62,353 nucleotides of DNA from Flavobacteriales bacterium (GCA_046081565.1 JBJTWF010000148.1:1-62353); one strand, 5' to 3'. Shown: positions 10,204 through 18,844, numbered from the stretch's first letter. Numbers and translations: made by a program. The notes: generated from the sequence alone by a model not told the origin.

Positions 10204-10860
10204 ATGGCACTAGATAAAATTGGTATCGCAAAACGGATTGCACAAGAACTGCAAACGGGTTGGTATGTTAATCTTGGTATTGGAATTCCAACGTTGGTTG
10301 CTAATTACGTGCCTCCTGGACTTGATGTTGAATTTCAGTCAGAAAATGGTCTTTTAGGTATGGGGCCTTTTCCTTTTGAAGGAGAAGAAGATGCCGATTT
10401 CATTAATGCGGGCAAACAAACGATAACCGCAAAACCTGGGGCTGCTTTCTTTGACTCTGCAACCTCCTTTGCCATGATTCGTGGAAAACACGTACAACTT
10501 ACCGTTCTCGGCGCTATGGAAGTTTCGCAAACTGGAGACATTGCCAATTGGAAAATACCAGGTAAAATGGTAAAAGGTATGGGTGGGGCTATGGACCTCG
10601 TTGCATCGGCAGAAAACATCATCGTGGCGATGATGCATAGCAATAAAGCCGGGGAGTCTAAGTTATTAAAAACCTGTACCCTTCCGTTAACCGGAGTCGC
10701 CTGTGTTAAAAAAATTGTAACAGAACTCGCCGTTCTTTCCATTGAAAATGGGAAATTTCATTTGTTAGAGCGAGCTCCTGGAGTAAGCGTTGATGAAATC
10801 ATGAGTAAAACGGAGGGGGACTTATTAGTCCCAGATTCCGTTCCAGAAATGGTCCTGTAA
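10204..10860 (+). CDS. scoB: 3-oxoacid CoA-transferase subunit B
   Basis: Active-site Glu motif FQSENGLLGMGP. The ATG at 10204 (MALDKIGIAKRIA...) lies 1 nt after the scoA stop. The 10069 start in the track is an out-of-frame overlap with scoA and is rejected. Confidence 0.9.
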   Translation: MALDKIGIAKRIAQELQTGWYVNLGIGIPTLVANYVPPGLDVEFQSENGLLGMGPFPFEGEEDADFINAGKQTITAKPGAAFFDSATSFAMIRGKHVQLTVLGAMEVSQTGDIANWKIPGKMVKGMGGAMDLVASAENIIVAMMHSNKAGESKLLKTCTLPLTGVACVKKIVTELAVLSIENGKFHLLERAPGVSVDEIMSKTEGDLLVPDSVPEMVL

Positions 10861-11679
10861 ATGGTCCTGACAGAAATCCAAACCCTTGCCATAGAAGCCA
10901 TTATGGAGGCCTGCCACGCAGTAATGGAAATATATAGAAACCCCATCCCCTGGGAAGAAAAAAGCGACGGGTCTCCAGTAACGCAAGCTGATCTTGCCTC
11001 ATCATCCATCATTCAAGGTAAATTAAAACAAACCTCTATTCCAATTATCGAGGAAGAATCCCCACATGAAACATATCAAAAGAGGGCGCTTTGGACCCAG
11101 TGTTGGTGCGTAGACCCGTTGGATGGCACCAAAGAATTTATTAAAAAAAACGACGAGTTCTCTATCAACATTGCCCTTTTATCCACCGGTGTTCCTCTTT
11201 TCGGTGTAATTGCAATTCCCGTACAATCGAAATTAGTTTTTGGTGGGCCGGATATAGGGGCTTACGTTGCAACGTTCGACAACCAATCAACCCTGAGTGA
11301 TCCCATACGAATAATCCCTAAGCCAAACCAACAAAAGACCTTCACGATAATCACTTCCCGCAGTCACCGATCTGAAAAAACAGACGTCTACCTCTCCGCA
11401 ATTACTCCCCCCAACGTACCAACGAAAACGCTTTATAGGGGGTCCGCCATCAAGTTTGTCGATTTAGCGCTTGGCCTAGCTCAAATTTATATTAGAGATA
11501 CCCCCACCATGGAATGGGATGTGGCCGCCGGACAGGCTATATTGAGAGGTGTCGGAGGAAACGTGGTGGATATCGATAGTAAAAAAGCGCTTGTTTTCAA
11601 TAAAAAAAGCTTACTAAATCCCGGATTTATTGCAACAACTAATTTATCTTTACTTGGATGGCAAATCGGGGAATTTTAA
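10861..11679 (+). CDS. cysQ: 3'(2'),5'-bisphosphate nucleotidase CysQ / inositol-monophosphatase family
   Basis: IMPase-fold metal-binding motifs EEES, WCVDPLDGTKEF and WDVAAGQAI. 272 aa. Confidence 0.8.
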   Translation: MVLTEIQTLAIEAIMEACHAVMEIYRNPIPWEEKSDGSPVTQADLASSSIIQGKLKQTSIPIIEEESPHETYQKRALWTQCWCVDPLDGTKEFIKKNDEFSINIALLSTGVPLFGVIAIPVQSKLVFGGPDIGAYVATFDNQSTLSDPIRIIPKPNQQKTFTIITSRSHRSEKTDVYLSAITPPNVPTKTLYRGSAIKFVDLALGLAQIYIRDTPTMEWDVAAGQAILRGVGGNVVDIDSKKALVFNKKSLLNPGFIATTNLSLLGWQIGEF

Positions 11680-13118
11680 CGCTAGGCTTCATTTTTTGCT
11701 TTCTTACGTTCATCAATAGCCAAGTTTCCCTTTGGAATACGCGTTTTGGTTCGAGCCCTGAAAAATCTTGGCTTTCCTTTGGTTTTAATCCAGACTCGTC
11801 TGTGGCGTTAATTAACAAGTCCGTCCGTTGGTATGACCGATATCCCCTCCATTATGTAGATTCAGCCGGAGCCTTTATTGCGGTAACGCCTTTGGTAAAC
11901 CTATCCTTAGGCGTAGAAAGCGGAAAGGATACGCTAAGATATCAAAACAGCCGTGGTGTTTTGTTTTTGGCCGGGGGAAAGAATTTACAAATCCATGCTC
12001 TTTTGGTGGAAAATCAAGCCTTATTTGCTTCCTATCAACAAACCTTTGTGCGAGGACACGGCGAATTTTATCCGAACGCTACCGGTTACCTGCAATCTAA
12101 CGGAATGGTGCCCGGGGAGGGTAGAACAAAACCCTATAAAGGAGGGGGGGTCGACTATTTATACTCCCGAGGAGGTTTTCAATGGAGGCCAACGAAGAAG
12201 GTTATGTTTTTTGGTGGAAACCAACAACTTCAAATTGGTTATGGGACTCGTTCCTTGTTTTGGGGGGACCACAACCAAGCCTTTCTGCTTGGCGCGGAAT
12301 ACCACATTACCAATAAACTTAGCTATCTATGTAGCCGTGGACGCCTCTTTGATTTAATTCGAAAGCCCCTTTTTGAAGGTGTTGAACGTTCCTATTATAA
12401 CAAAGGATATTCTTTTCAGGGGTTAGTTTTTAAACAAAAAATTCATGAAGCGTGCTTAGTTTTTCATACCCTGTGGAATGGCGGCACGCTTTCTAAAGAT
12501 AAATCCCTTTCCCCTTGGTTCTGGGCTCCCCTTCCAGGATTTAATTACCTCGAAAAAATGCGGGTGCACCAACCCCAAATCGGTGCCTGTTATAAAATAC
12601 AAATCAATAAAAAATTACAGCTTTACAGCGAAGTATTTACGAGGAATTTTAAAAAAAATACAGCAAGCTTTCAAGTGGGCGGAAACATGTATTACCCCAT
12701 TCACTCCGCTGTTGAGTTTCGCTCCCATTTTTCGTTTATTCACACCGGAACCGCTTTTTATGGAACGGGGGTTGAAGGAGCGTTTTCGCACAACAACCTT
12801 CCCTTGGGATCTATTCTCGGTAATGGCGTTGATGAATTCCAATTGGTAAACCAATACCGTTTCAAACGCCTTTATTTCAATCACATGGTTCAGTACTATA
12901 CCGCAAAACCCTCCCACAACCTCATGTTACTCCCCTCGTTTGCGCTAAACGCAATGGTATTTCACCAAACCTTTGATGTTGGAATCGTAATTAACATCCC
13001 CATACAATTGGTTGTGTTTGGGGGATTAGACCATCGAATTCCGTATAAAAACGAAAGCTCCTTAATTTGGTGGGGGGGAATTAAAACGCACTTATTTCAA
13101 AACCACCATGCATATTAA
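11658..13118 (+). CDS. Secreted outer-membrane beta-barrel-like protein, possibly Wzi/RemB-like (function uncertain)
   Basis: Signal peptide (GFIFCFLTFINSQ). Aromatic- and Gly-rich alternating pattern along its length. Shares the motif block IGYGTRSLFWGD with the next gene. Confidence 0.6.
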   Translation: MANRGILTLGFIFCFLTFINSQVSLWNTRFGSSPEKSWLSFGFNPDSSVALINKSVRWYDRYPLHYVDSAGAFIAVTPLVNLSLGVESGKDTLRYQNSRGVLFLAGGKNLQIHALLVENQALFASYQQTFVRGHGEFYPNATGYLQSNGMVPGEGRTKPYKGGGVDYLYSRGGFQWRPTKKVMFFGGNQQLQIGYGTRSLFWGDHNQAFLLGAEYHITNKLSYLCSRGRLFDLIRKPLFEGVERSYYNKGYSFQGLVFKQKIHEACLVFHTLWNGGTLSKDKSLSPWFWAPLPGFNYLEKMRVHQPQIGACYKIQINKKLQLYSEVFTRNFKKNTASFQVGGNMYYPIHSAVEFRSHFSFIHTGTAFYGTGVEGAFSHNNLPLGSILGNGVDEFQLVNQYRFKRLYFNHMVQYYTAKPSHNLMLLPSFALNAMVFHQTFDVGIVINIPIQLVVFGGLDHRIPYKNESSLIWWGGIKTHLFQNHHAY

Positions 13119-14502
13119 GTCGTTTTTAATTGGGTGTCTCATGCTCCGTGTAATTGGCTTTTCACAGACCACCAGCGGCATGCGAGACTCCCTGTTTCAT
13201 CTCTCCTTAAGCGGTAAATGCATTCCTATTTTTTCATCCGACGCATCAGACGAATTCTTATTAAAAAAGAACTCAAGGAAGTTCATTCCTCTTGTTGATT
13301 TGGCGGGAGTTTACTCAGAAAAGACATCATTTAAATCACATTTGGGAGGTCGCTTTCAGTGGCAGGGGGAATCGCTTAGTTTGTCAATGGGCGCCTTAGG
13401 TGGGATAACCAATAACCAAGGTGCACTAGTTCCCCATTGGTTCGAAAAACCTATTATCAATGAGGTGAAGGCATCTATTATGCCCGCACTTAGGTTGGCA
13501 TATAAACCAAACCCATACGTCTCTGCCCAACTCGGATTTGATCGAACGTTTTATGGAGATGGGTATCGATCTCTTTTTCTATCCGACATTGGAAAACCAT
13601 ACCCCTATGCTTCCATTCGATTTAAGGTAGGTCCCATTTCCTACCAAAACATGGCGGCATACCTTTTTGCCCCAACCTATCTTCATAAATACCAGATAAA
13701 CCACTTCCTCCATTGGAAGATTACCCAAAACCTACAGCTCAACTTCTTTGAAAGCGTGCTGTTCAATAGCGGTGATTCCACAACCAACAGAACCTTCGAT
13801 CCCTATTATTTAAACCCCTTCGTTTTTATACGCCCTCAAGAATATGCCAACGGTTCAAGTGACAACGTGTTGATGGGCATTGGCGCCTCGCTATCGCTTC
13901 GTAAGGCCAAGCTATATAGCCAACTTGTGGTCGATGACTTTCTGATTGCCTCGTTGTCTTCTGGGGGTAATTATTGGGGTAATAAATGGGGTGTTCAATT
14001 GGGATGGAAACACGCAACGTCTAAAAATCATTGGAAAATCATGAGCCGAATTGAGGGCAACCTCGTGCGGCCTTATACCTATGCCCACATAGGAAGTTCA
14101 TTAAATTATACCAACGATAACATGGTATTATCCCACCCTTTGGGTGGAAATTTTTGGGAATTATATGAATCACATATGTTTATAAAGGGTTCTTTATCCT
14201 TTTTAGTTGAGTTATCTGCTGGACAAAAAGGCTATGATTTGGATACCGTTAGTTTTGGAGGAGATGTTTTTGTTCCTTACACTAACCGGCCAAGCGATTA
14301 CGGAGTAACCCTATTACAAGGAAATAAAACCACGTTTATTTCATCAAGAGTGAAGCTTGGATTAGTGGGAAATAAAAACAACAGTATAGAAGGCTTTTTA
14401 GAATTAAACCTTCGTTATTCAAGAACAATAGATAATTCGTTTTTTCAGCTGTTTCCGCTCCTTGGAATAAGAAGTCGGGTTTTCAATGATTATCGTTTTT
14501 AA
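13108..14502 (+). CDS. Paralogue of the preceding outer-membrane beta-barrel-like protein (Wzi/RemB-like, uncertain)
   Basis: Signal peptide (CLMLRVIGFSQ). Motif FYGDGYRSLFLSD parallels IGYGTRSLFWGD of the upstream gene. Ends ...NDYRF, a C-terminal aromatic residue typical of OMPs. 11-nt overlap with the upstream gene. Confidence 0.6.
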   Translation: MHIKSFLIGCLMLRVIGFSQTTSGMRDSLFHLSLSGKCIPIFSSDASDEFLLKKNSRKFIPLVDLAGVYSEKTSFKSHLGGRFQWQGESLSLSMGALGGITNNQGALVPHWFEKPIINEVKASIMPALRLAYKPNPYVSAQLGFDRTFYGDGYRSLFLSDIGKPYPYASIRFKVGPISYQNMAAYLFAPTYLHKYQINHFLHWKITQNLQLNFFESVLFNSGDSTTNRTFDPYYLNPFVFIRPQEYANGSSDNVLMGIGASLSLRKAKLYSQLVVDDFLIASLSSGGNYWGNKWGVQLGWKHATSKNHWKIMSRIEGNLVRPYTYAHIGSSLNYTNDNMVLSHPLGGNFWELYESHMFIKGSLSFLVELSAGQKGYDLDTVSFGGDVFVPYTNRPSDYGVTLLQGNKTTFISSRVKLGLVGNKNNSIEGFLELNLRYSRTIDNSFFQLFPLLGIRSRVFNDYRF

Positions 14503-14507
14503 AAAAA

Positions 14508-14532
14508 CTGGGCAGGTAAATTACCCGCCCAG
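14508..14532. terminator. Bidirectional rho-independent terminator between convergent genes
   Basis: CTGGGCAGG-TAAATTA-CCCGCCCAG hairpin with one internal mismatch. Preceded by A7 on the plus strand, which is a T7 tail for the minus-strand ssb-like operon, and followed by a T-rich stretch. Confidence 0.8.
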
Positions 14533-14540
14533 TTCTCGGT

Positions 14541-14858
14541 TTATAATCCGATAATTTGTCTTAACTCTACTTCGGTAGCACTTCTTTTTTTTCCTTTTTT
14601 ATCCATGAAAGCTCGATGAACGAGACGGCCATGAATGGCTACTTTTTTACCAACCTCCGCATGATTTAAAACAAAAGAAGCCATGTTTCCCCAGGCAAAA
14701 ATCCTGTGCCAATCTAGTCTTGAAGCATATTGGCCATTATTCTTCCGATACATTTTAGGTGTCGTAAGGGTAAACTTGGCGATTTTACTGCCATTGTTTA
14801 AACTTATGGCGATGGGTGATTGGGCAATGCTACCCACCAAGGTTACGTAATTATTCAT
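14541..14858 (-). CDS. Single-OB-fold SSB-like protein, no acidic C-terminal tail (third gene of the triplet)
   Basis: MNNYVTLVGSIAQSP...AKFTL...LDWHRIFAWGNMASFV...VAIHGRLVHR...ATEVEL follows the SSB OB-fold pattern. Ends ...RQIIGL. The ATG at 14858 was chosen over the upstream start at 14933. Confidence 0.8.
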   Translation of the reverse strand: MNNYVTLVGSIAQSPIAISLNNGSKIAKFTLTTPKMYRKNNGQYASRLDWHRIFAWGNMASFVLNHAEVGKKVAIHGRLVHRAFMDKKGKKRSATEVELRQIIGL

Positions 14859-14925
14859 GTTTGATTTATGTTTAGGGGTTTTACTGCTCTTATCCAGGTG
14901 CACTGAACACAAAACCCTCGTCAGT

Positions 14926-15243
14926 TTATACAATTATTAGGTCATTGGCTTCTATTTCCGCTCTTTTTATTAGCCGTCCATTCATATAACGATAACGGTA
15001 TAAAAGCGTCCCTTCCACCGCAAGTTGCATTTCAGGTTGTGCTAATCGCTCCATCAATTGTTTGAACTTTCCCCAAACTAGGATGTCATGTTTTTCCCGT
15101 CTTTCCTTTGGGATTCCTTGCTTGTTTATGTAGATGGATTTTGTAATAAGCTTAAATTGAGCCATGGAGCGTCCATTGGTTGAGGGTTCAGGATAGTCTA
15201 TTAACCCTCCTTCCAATTTTCCGATCAAAGAAACGTGATTCAT
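14926..15243 (-). CDS. Divergent single-OB-fold SSB-like protein, no acidic tail (second gene of the triplet)
   Basis: MNHVSLIGKLEGG...AQFKL...HDILVWGKFKQLMERL...LAVEGTLLYR. This is the most divergent of the three and lacks the Trp preceding the conserved His. Confidence 0.7.
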   Translation of the reverse strand: MNHVSLIGKLEGGLIDYPEPSTNGRSMAQFKLITKSIYINKQGIPKERREKHDILVWGKFKQLMERLAQPEMQLAVEGTLLYRYRYMNGRLIKRAEIEANDLIIV

Positions 15244-15249
15244 CGTTTT

Positions 15250-15600
15250 TTATTTCAACTCCGTATTAACTCGTCCTAATAGCATAAAATCATTGAGTTC
15301 AATCACGGTAGAAAAACGCTTTGTTCCATCAGGGGCTTCGTAATTTTGATAAGCAATTTTACCTTCTAGTAAAATTTCTTGACCCTTATTTAATAGCCGC
15401 TCTACTTTTTCCGCCATTTTTCCCCAGGTATTGATAATGTGCCATTGAACTTCTTCCTGCCAATCGCCATTTTTATCTTTGTAGCGATCGTTGGTGGCTA
15501 CTGAAAAACGTGCTAATTTTTTGCCAGAATCAAAGGCAATAATTTCAGGTTGACCTCCAAGTCTTCCCATTAGATTTACTTTATTTTTAAAATGATTCAT
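15250..15600 (-). CDS. Single-OB-fold SSB-like protein, no acidic tail (first gene of the triplet)
   Basis: KVNLMGRLGGQPE...ARFSVATNDRYKDKNGDWQEEVQWHIINTWGKMAEKV...ILLEGKIAYQNYE closely follows the canonical SSB core. Ends ...GRVNTELK with no D/E-rich IPF-type tail. Confidence 0.85.
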   Translation of the reverse strand: MNHFKNKVNLMGRLGGQPEIIAFDSGKKLARFSVATNDRYKDKNGDWQEEVQWHIINTWGKMAEKVERLLNKGQEILLEGKIAYQNYEAPDGTKRFSTVIELNDFMLLGRVNTELK

Positions 15601-15625
15601 TATTTATTTGGATTAATTATACCAT

Positions 15626-15643
15626 CACGGAAACGATTCCGTG
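15626..15643. promoter_or_regulatory. Perfect 7-bp inverted repeat (CACGGAA-ACGA-TTCCGTG) in the leader/promoter region of the ssb-like operon
   Basis: Read directly. Lies 26-43 nt upstream of the first ssb-like start codon, in the divergent intergenic region. Confidence 0.3.
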
Positions 15644-15791
15644 CACTTAACTTTTAAGTCAGTCATGGAACGATCTTCGTTTTTTTTTATTCGGTAGTAA
15701 TCGAATATTATCCATTTGCTTTCGGATAATTCCAAGATAAAAATCCGTTAATGTGTCTAAATCCCCTATTTTTACAAACAAACGCAAGGTT

Positions 15792-16568
15792 ATGTACGAA
15801 AATGTATTGCTTGAAAAAATAGAACAGATTGCTTGGATTACCATCAATAGACCTAAGCATCTAAATGCCTTAAACAAACAAACCATTCATGAATTACACG
15901 CCATATTGGACGCCCTACGAGAAGACGATTCGGTAGGGGTGATTTGCATAACTGGTATGGGTGAAAAGGCCTTTGTAGCGGGTGCAGATATAAAAGAATT
16001 TTCCGATTTCAATGTCGCCGAAGGGGGAGCATTAGCCCAATCTGGTCAATCCCTTTTATTCGATTTTATTGAACATTTTCCCAAACCCATTATCGCAGCA
16101 GTAAACGGCTTCGCGCTAGGTGGAGGACTCGAATTAGCCATGGCTTGCCATATTCGTGTCGCTACCCATAATGCAAAAATGGGTTTGCCCGAAGTTTCCT
16201 TAGGTTTAATCCCTGGATATGGCGGAACCCAACGATTGCCAATACTCATCGGAAGGGGTCGCGCCAATCAAATGATTTGTTCTGCCGAAATGATTGATGC
16301 GCAGCAAGCCGAGCAATGGGGCCTCGTAAATTCGGTTGTCGATATTACCGCATTAAAAGACACTTGTGAATCCTTGGCAAAGAAAATTTTGAAAAACTCC
16401 CCCTCAGCCATCGCGTCCGCACTTCGCTCCATTAATGCCGGATTTAGCGACAAACATGAAGGATATGCTGCTGAAATTGAAAACTTTGCGGCTTGTTTTG
16501 GTACCCGAGACTTTACCCTTGGAGTAACGGCTTTTTTAAATAAAGAAAAGGCAAACTTTAGAAAGTAA
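15792..16568 (+). CDS. Enoyl-CoA hydratase/isomerase (crotonase) family protein
   Basis: Crotonase motifs FVAGADIKEF and AAVNGFALGGGLELAMACH. The ATG at 15792 (MYENVLLEK...) is preferred over the GTG at 15753. Confidence 0.9.
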   Translation: MYENVLLEKIEQIAWITINRPKHLNALNKQTIHELHAILDALREDDSVGVICITGMGEKAFVAGADIKEFSDFNVAEGGALAQSGQSLLFDFIEHFPKPIIAAVNGFALGGGLELAMACHIRVATHNAKMGLPEVSLGLIPGYGGTQRLPILIGRGRANQMICSAEMIDAQQAEQWGLVNSVVDITALKDTCESLAKKILKNSPSAIASALRSINAGFSDKHEGYAAEIENFAACFGTRDFTLGVTAFLNKEKANFRK

Positions 16569-18053
16569 ATGAGTTCATCCGTTAAGCGACTTTTTGGCCA
16601 AACCGCCATTTATGGCCTTCCTAGCATCATTGGTCGTTTATTAAATTATTTTCTTGTTCCGCTATACACTGCCGTGTTTACCTCTCCCTCGGATTATGGC
16701 GTGCTATCGGATTTATATGCCTATGTTGCCTTTCTAGTGGTTCTGCTTCCACTGGGAATGGAAACCGCTTATTTTCGGTTTATTCAATCCCACGAGGATA
16801 AAAACAAGGTTTTTAATGCCTGCTTTTTAACCGTTTCGTTAACAAATCTTTTGTTTTTTGTGCTCATCTATTTCACCAATCCTTGGATTGCGAAATGGAT
16901 GCTTTACCCAAACCATCCTGAATACATTTTTTTAATCGGTCTAATCGTTTGTATCGACGCCCTGTCGGCGCTTCCTTTAGCTCGTTTACGGGCAGAAAAC
17001 CAAGCCAAACGGTTTGTATTAATACAGTTGTTTTCTATTGTCGTTAATGTGGTATTAAATGTTTTTTTGTTGCTTACGTATTTTGATCCTTTGCGTCCAG
17101 AAGAAGGGATTTTACTCATTCTGATTGTCAATTTAATTTCCTCCGTTATAAAATTTGCCCTAGTTTCTGATTTAATTTATTCTGTTAAATTCATTTTCGA
17201 TTGGGGATTTTCCAAAAAACTAATAGCGTATTCTTTCCCCTTGGTGATCGCCGGTTTCGCCGGTATTATAAACGAGACGCTCGATCGCGTTTTACTAAAA
17301 CAATTACTATACAACCCCGACGTTCCTGGTTCATTACACTATGCAACGGCGCAAGTTGGAATTTATAGTGCCTGTTACAAACTTGCGATGTTGGTAACCA
17401 TTTTTTTACAAGCATACCGGTATGCTGCGGAACCGTTCTTTTTCTCCCAAATGCATCAAGAGGATAAACATATGGTTTTCAAAAAAACCATGAATATATT
17501 CATCGCCGTCGTTTGTTTTGCCTTCTTATTCGTTTCCATCAACCTTGGTTTTTTTAAGTATTTCATACGAAATGAAGCCTATTATGAAGGCTTAGCCGTC
17601 GTTCCGATATTATTGATCGCAAATGTGTTTTTGGGCATTTATTACAATCAAAGCGTTTGGTATAAACTATCGAATAAAACCCTATTCGGAGCGTATATCT
17701 CCATTGGTGGCGCCTTAGTGACCATTCTGTTAAACCTGTGGTTAATTCCTTTATACGGTTATATGGCGAGCGCTTGGGCAACGCTGTTGGCCTATTTTAT
17801 TCAAATGGTTCTATCTTATTATCTTGGCAGAAGATATTATCCTATTCCATACAACACCCATAAATTTTTCCTTTATCTCGGGTCTTCTTGTTTGATTTTT
17901 TTGGTCTTCTCAGCAGTTAGGATTGGTTTAGGATTGACCATTGAGGCCTTTAATCAACCCCTACTTCTTTTTGGAAATGGGCTAATTGTACTTTTTGTGC
18001 TGATGGTTTACCGAAACGAAAAAGACCTGATCCGTCCAAACAAAATCAACTAA
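16569..18053 (+). CDS. MOP-superfamily oligosaccharide/polysaccharide flippase (Wzx-like)
   Basis: 494 aa, about 12-14 hydrophobic helices. The N-terminus LFGQTAIYGLPSIIGRLLNYFLVPLYT is typical of the polysaccharide biosynthesis protein (Wzx) family. Starts 1 nt after the crotonase stop. Confidence 0.75.
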   Translation: MSSSVKRLFGQTAIYGLPSIIGRLLNYFLVPLYTAVFTSPSDYGVLSDLYAYVAFLVVLLPLGMETAYFRFIQSHEDKNKVFNACFLTVSLTNLLFFVLIYFTNPWIAKWMLYPNHPEYIFLIGLIVCIDALSALPLARLRAENQAKRFVLIQLFSIVVNVVLNVFLLLTYFDPLRPEEGILLILIVNLISSVIKFALVSDLIYSVKFIFDWGFSKKLIAYSFPLVIAGFAGIINETLDRVLLKQLLYNPDVPGSLHYATAQVGIYSACYKLAMLVTIFLQAYRYAAEPFFFSQMHQEDKHMVFKKTMNIFIAVVCFAFLFVSINLGFFKYFIRNEAYYEGLAVVPILLIANVFLGIYYNQSVWYKLSNKTLFGAYISIGGALVTILLNLWLIPLYGYMASAWATLLAYFIQMVLSYYLGRRYYPIPYNTHKFFLYLGSSCLIFLVFSAVRIGLGLTIEAFNQPLLLFGNGLIVLFVLMVYRNEKDLIRPNKIN

Positions 18054-18390
18054 ACTTCTTTTTTAAAAGGTCAATACTGTTCGCTTCATTACCAATCGAT
18101 AAAAAATCTTCGTATACCACAACAGGACGTTTAAGAAAGGTATAATCGGAACTTAGAAGCGTTTCCATAAGGGATTCGGTAAGCTCAAGATGCTTATACG
18201 ATTGGTAGTTTCTCGCTTTTTTTGAAAATAGCGCCAAATAACTCCCGGCTTTTGTTTTTAATTCGGTCCATTCTTCCTGCGTAATTGGGTGATTTTTTAT
18301 GTCTCTCTTTTCGATATCGTTCGGTAAAGAAACTTCAGACAAAATTCGTTTACAGGTAGAACACGTGCTTAAATAAAACACCTTTTTCAC
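18046..18390 (-). CDS. ArsC/Spx/YffB-family thiol reductase-like protein
   Basis: 114 aa. N-terminal FYLSTCSTCKR motif on a thioredoxin-like fold that is typical of the ArsC family. Confidence 0.75.
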   Translation of the reverse strand: MKKVFYLSTCSTCKRILSEVSLPNDIEKRDIKNHPITQEEWTELKTKAGSYLALFSKKARNYQSYKHLELTESLMETLLSSDYTFLKRPVVVYEDFLSIGNEANSIDLLKKKFS

Positions 18391-18803
18391 CTACAATACG
18401 CTTCATAAGCCGCGGAAAGGTTAGCGGCAATCATGTCTGCAGTAGCCCCTTCTATGTGATGTCGTTCTAAAAAGTGAACCAGGGTTCCGTTGTTAAAAAG
18501 CGCAACCGATGGAGAAGATGGCGGATAAGGTAAAAAATGTTTCCTAACTTGTTGGGTCGCTTCGGTGTCAAATCCAGCAAAAACGGTAAAAAGCCCTTCT
18601 GGTTTTATTCCTAAATCAAGCGATTTTTTTACTCCTGGTCGCATGTTTCCAGCTGCGCAACCACAAACTGAGTTGACTACAACTAAAAAACTTCCTGTCG
18701 TATTTTTTATAACCTCATCAACGTGTTGTGCTGTGGTCAATTCTTGAAATCCAACCTGTAATAGGTCGTTTTTCATGGGTTGTACTATTTCTTGTGGATA
18801 CAT
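18387..18803 (-). CDS. Bacilliredoxin (BrxA/BrxB, YphP/YqiW, DUF1094 family)
   Basis: 138 aa with the hallmark VVNSVCGCAAGNMRP redox motif. 4-nt overlap with the downstream ArsC-family gene. Confidence 0.85.
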   Translation of the reverse strand: MYPQEIVQPMKNDLLQVGFQELTTAQHVDEVIKNTTGSFLVVVNSVCGCAAGNMRPGVKKSLDLGIKPEGLFTVFAGFDTEATQQVRKHFLPYPPSSPSVALFNNGTLVHFLERHHIEGATADMIAANLSAAYEAYCR

Positions 18804-18844
18804 TTTTTATTACAAAGATAGAAAGTAATTTTCGTTTCGCGATC

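Noticed and set aside
15659-15886. A 75-aa minus-strand ORF spanning the ssb/crotonase divergent region.
   Set aside because: It overlaps the crotonase start, and its peptide is hydrophobic and low-complexity with no recognisable features. It is probably spurious.
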